Shown one piece after another: positions 61,965 through 64,000 of a stretch of 64,000 nt of DNA; positions within the stretch are counted from its first letter, which is position 1, and every line of letters begins with the position of its first letter. The translations under genes and the position numbers were made by a program. Origin of the DNA: Cyanophora paradoxa CCMP329. Lineage: Eukaryota > Plantae > Glaucophyta. The stretch lies in assembly GCA_004431415.1 (NCBI GenBank), contig QPMI01000400.1:186001-250000 (forward strand). The letters run 5' to 3'. The notes beneath the pieces are model-generated. The model saw only the letters and a program-made list of their open reading frames with translations. It did not search any database and had not been told where the DNA came from.

Positions 61965-63317
61965 ATGCGATCGCTCCTCCTCGTCCTCGGCCTCGCGCTG
62001 TGCCTGGGCGCCGCCGCCGCGGCGTTCGAGCGGCAGACCCTCGAGCTATATATCGACTCGGGCTCCGATGCGCGGTGCGCTCCCAGCCCTCTGCTCGCAC
62101 ATTCCCGCCCGCACCAGTTCAAGTCTGATGAGTCCGCCGCGCAGGATCTACGCAGACATAGCAGAAGTTGGGATGTACCGGGCATCCTTGGATGTGATGA
62201 AAGGCGGCATGCTGAATGTGCCTCCGCTCTCCGCCCGCGCCGCGCTTCCGCTTAAATTCAATGCGCTCGCGCCGCTTTCGCACGCTTTCCATGTCTCTCG
62301 CGCTCCTGCGTGCTGCTCCCTTCTTCGATGCCTACGCCCACTTTCTCAGGTCGAGCTCACAGTGTTCGACCCGATGGGGAGGCCGATGCACCAGTGCGAC
62401 TGCGTCACTGTTCTGGTTCTCCTCGCCTCGCCTCGCTCACAGCTCTCCAGGCAGATCGTGAACCACCACGGGGAGTACGTCTTCCGCGCACAGCAGCCCG
62501 GCAGGTCCGGCCGCGCCCTCCTGGGCCCAATTCGCTCCGTCGCTTCCCTTGCTGACACGCCCGCGCCCGGCGCAGCTACGGCTTCTCCGTCAAGTGAGCC
62601 CCCAGATCCGCGCGCCTGCGTTCGGGAGGCGACGGGGGCGCCAGGAACACGAAGCAGGGCGGGGCGGCGACGAAGCTCGTCTCCTGCACCGTCGAGAGCC
62701 TCGAGCAGCCGCCGCCGTCCCCCCGCACCGACGGCGCGCCCCGCCCTGCACCCGGCCCACGCGCCGCAGCGCGCGTGGGCGCGAGCACCGCGCAGAGTTC
62801 GCGTCTCTGTGGGACAAGACGGGCGTCATCGCCGAGTCCCTCCAGCGCGTCGGTCCGTGCCGTGGCACAGCCGCCCCGCCCCTCCTTGCCCGCGGCCGCC
62901 GCTAACATTTTGCGCAGGGCGCATGCAGGGCGAGTTCCGCGCCCGCGAGATGCGCCACCGGAGCCGTACGCACGCCGCCGCGCCGCGTGCCGCGCGCACC
63001 TCGCCTGACGAGGGGGGCGGCACCCCGGGGCGGCAGTGGCGGAGTCGACGCTGGAGCGGGCGCAGGCGCGCTCCATCGGCCTCGCCACTCTTCTCGTCGC
63101 CGTCAGCGTCTCCCAGGCACGCTCCCCCCCCCCCCCCCATCCCCCTTCTGCCCCCCCTTCCCCCTCCCCCCCCTCCCCCCCCCCCCCGCCTTGCCCTCGT
63201 CGCCCCGGTATGCCGCCCTGACCACAGCCGCTTCCATCCGCCGCACATGCGCAGGTGATCTATGTGGCGCGGATGTTCCGCGCGAGCGAGCTGGCCCGCA
63301 AGGCGAACCCCATCTGA
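61965..63317 (+). CDS. p24/emp24/gp25L (TMED) GOLD-domain protein
   Basis: Signal peptide; GOLD-like VMKGGMLNVELTVFDPMG...GEYVFRAQQPGSY; coiled coil QGEFRAREMRHRSLAEST; TM ..LLVAVSVSQVIYVARMF; stop at 63317. Confidence 0.85.
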
Positions 63318-63957
63318 GCTCCCAGCCTCTCAGAGCCCGGTGGCCGCGTGTTTGCCTCCGGCCTCCGGAACCTCTTGCATCGATATATCCCTAGCTATAT
63401 GCTGTAGATAGCAGACCTCCTGTTTTTAAAATACTAGAACGTCGGAATACAAATTTTATTTAAAGTGAATTTTTAAAGATGCGGCCAGGCTCCGAGATTC
63501 TGCAGCTGAGCCGTTTTCCAGTGAGTACCAGCTGCAACGCTGCGACAGCCCTGACAAGGGCCCCTAGCCGTAGTAACCTCAGAGCGCTAGCCTGCAGCTG
63601 GTAGGCCCTCGAGCTCGAGATCTAGAGCCACTGCCAGGCTGATCATGATCATGAGCCATGCCTTTGGGCCAGGCCCCATGAGGCCGATTACGCTGCTTCC
63701 AGGCTCATGATCAAATATTAGCGACCGTGGAGCTCACGGGGCTGATCATGATTTTAATCATGCAATCAAAGGGTTAGTCACTGAGCTGAGTTTCGATCCA
63801 AACGAGGCTGGGCGTTCTAGACGACGGATGAGGTCTATCTATCTATCTAGTTAGCTATCTAACTTTCGAAGATCTATCTAGCTAGGAATGCTGCTCCTCG
63901 CCCCCATCCATCGATATCGCCCCTCGCCCTCTGCGCTCCCGACGCCCTCCCGCCCAG

Positions 63958-64000
63958 TGCGTGGCGACGCGGGACGCGCTGGCGAAGGCCCTCTACAGCC
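63958..64000 (+). CDS. Myosin motor-domain exon fragment (partial)
   Basis: After the acceptor cccag the frame reads CVATRDALAKALYS, the conserved myosin RDALAKALYSRLF motif. It runs off the window. Confidence 0.6.

Noticed and set aside
1-64000. tRNA, rRNA and snRNA genes
   Set aside because: None were recognisable by eye; tRNAscan-SE or Infernal would be needed.

Overview
This window is very GC-rich, gene-dense eukaryotic nuclear DNA, not prokaryotic. I could reconstruct about 18 intron-rich genes by eye. Introns are mostly about 50-80 nt, with donors GT/GC-(G/C/A)CGC, a CTGAC-like branch point and a (G)CAG acceptor. Most long ORFs in the supplied track are GC-rich or antisense artefacts. 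Two genes have plastid-type transit peptides with Phe at residue 4 (MACF, MTSF). Together with the tiny introns this suggests a glaucophyte-like alga such as Cyanophora (inference). Gene order: ABCG half-transporter with degenerate ATPase motifs; hypothetical protein; F-box/LRR; glucosidase I (GH63); F-box/LRR; SHPRH-like SNF2 helicase with a PHIP/BRWD-like N-terminus; a type I membrane protein with about 17 IPT/TIG repeats; an inverted pair of aerolysin/ETX-MTX2-like pore-forming proteins with predicted myristoylated, polyproline N-termini; F-box/SMI1/ApaG protein; At4g37920-like plastid protein; S11 D-Ala-D-Ala carboxypeptidase; CorA with two alternative C-terminal TM modules; HisG; OHCU decarboxylase; ATR; Erv1; p24; and an orphan myosin-like exon. 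The best leads are (1) the intracellular beta-PFT pair next to the IPT/TIG receptor, (2) a G-to-C synonymous-codon polarity locked to exon/intron structure, and (3) the CorA selectivity-filter exon swap. All gene models were spliced manually and no database searches were run. Several 1-nt frameshifts in G/C runs may be assembly errors.
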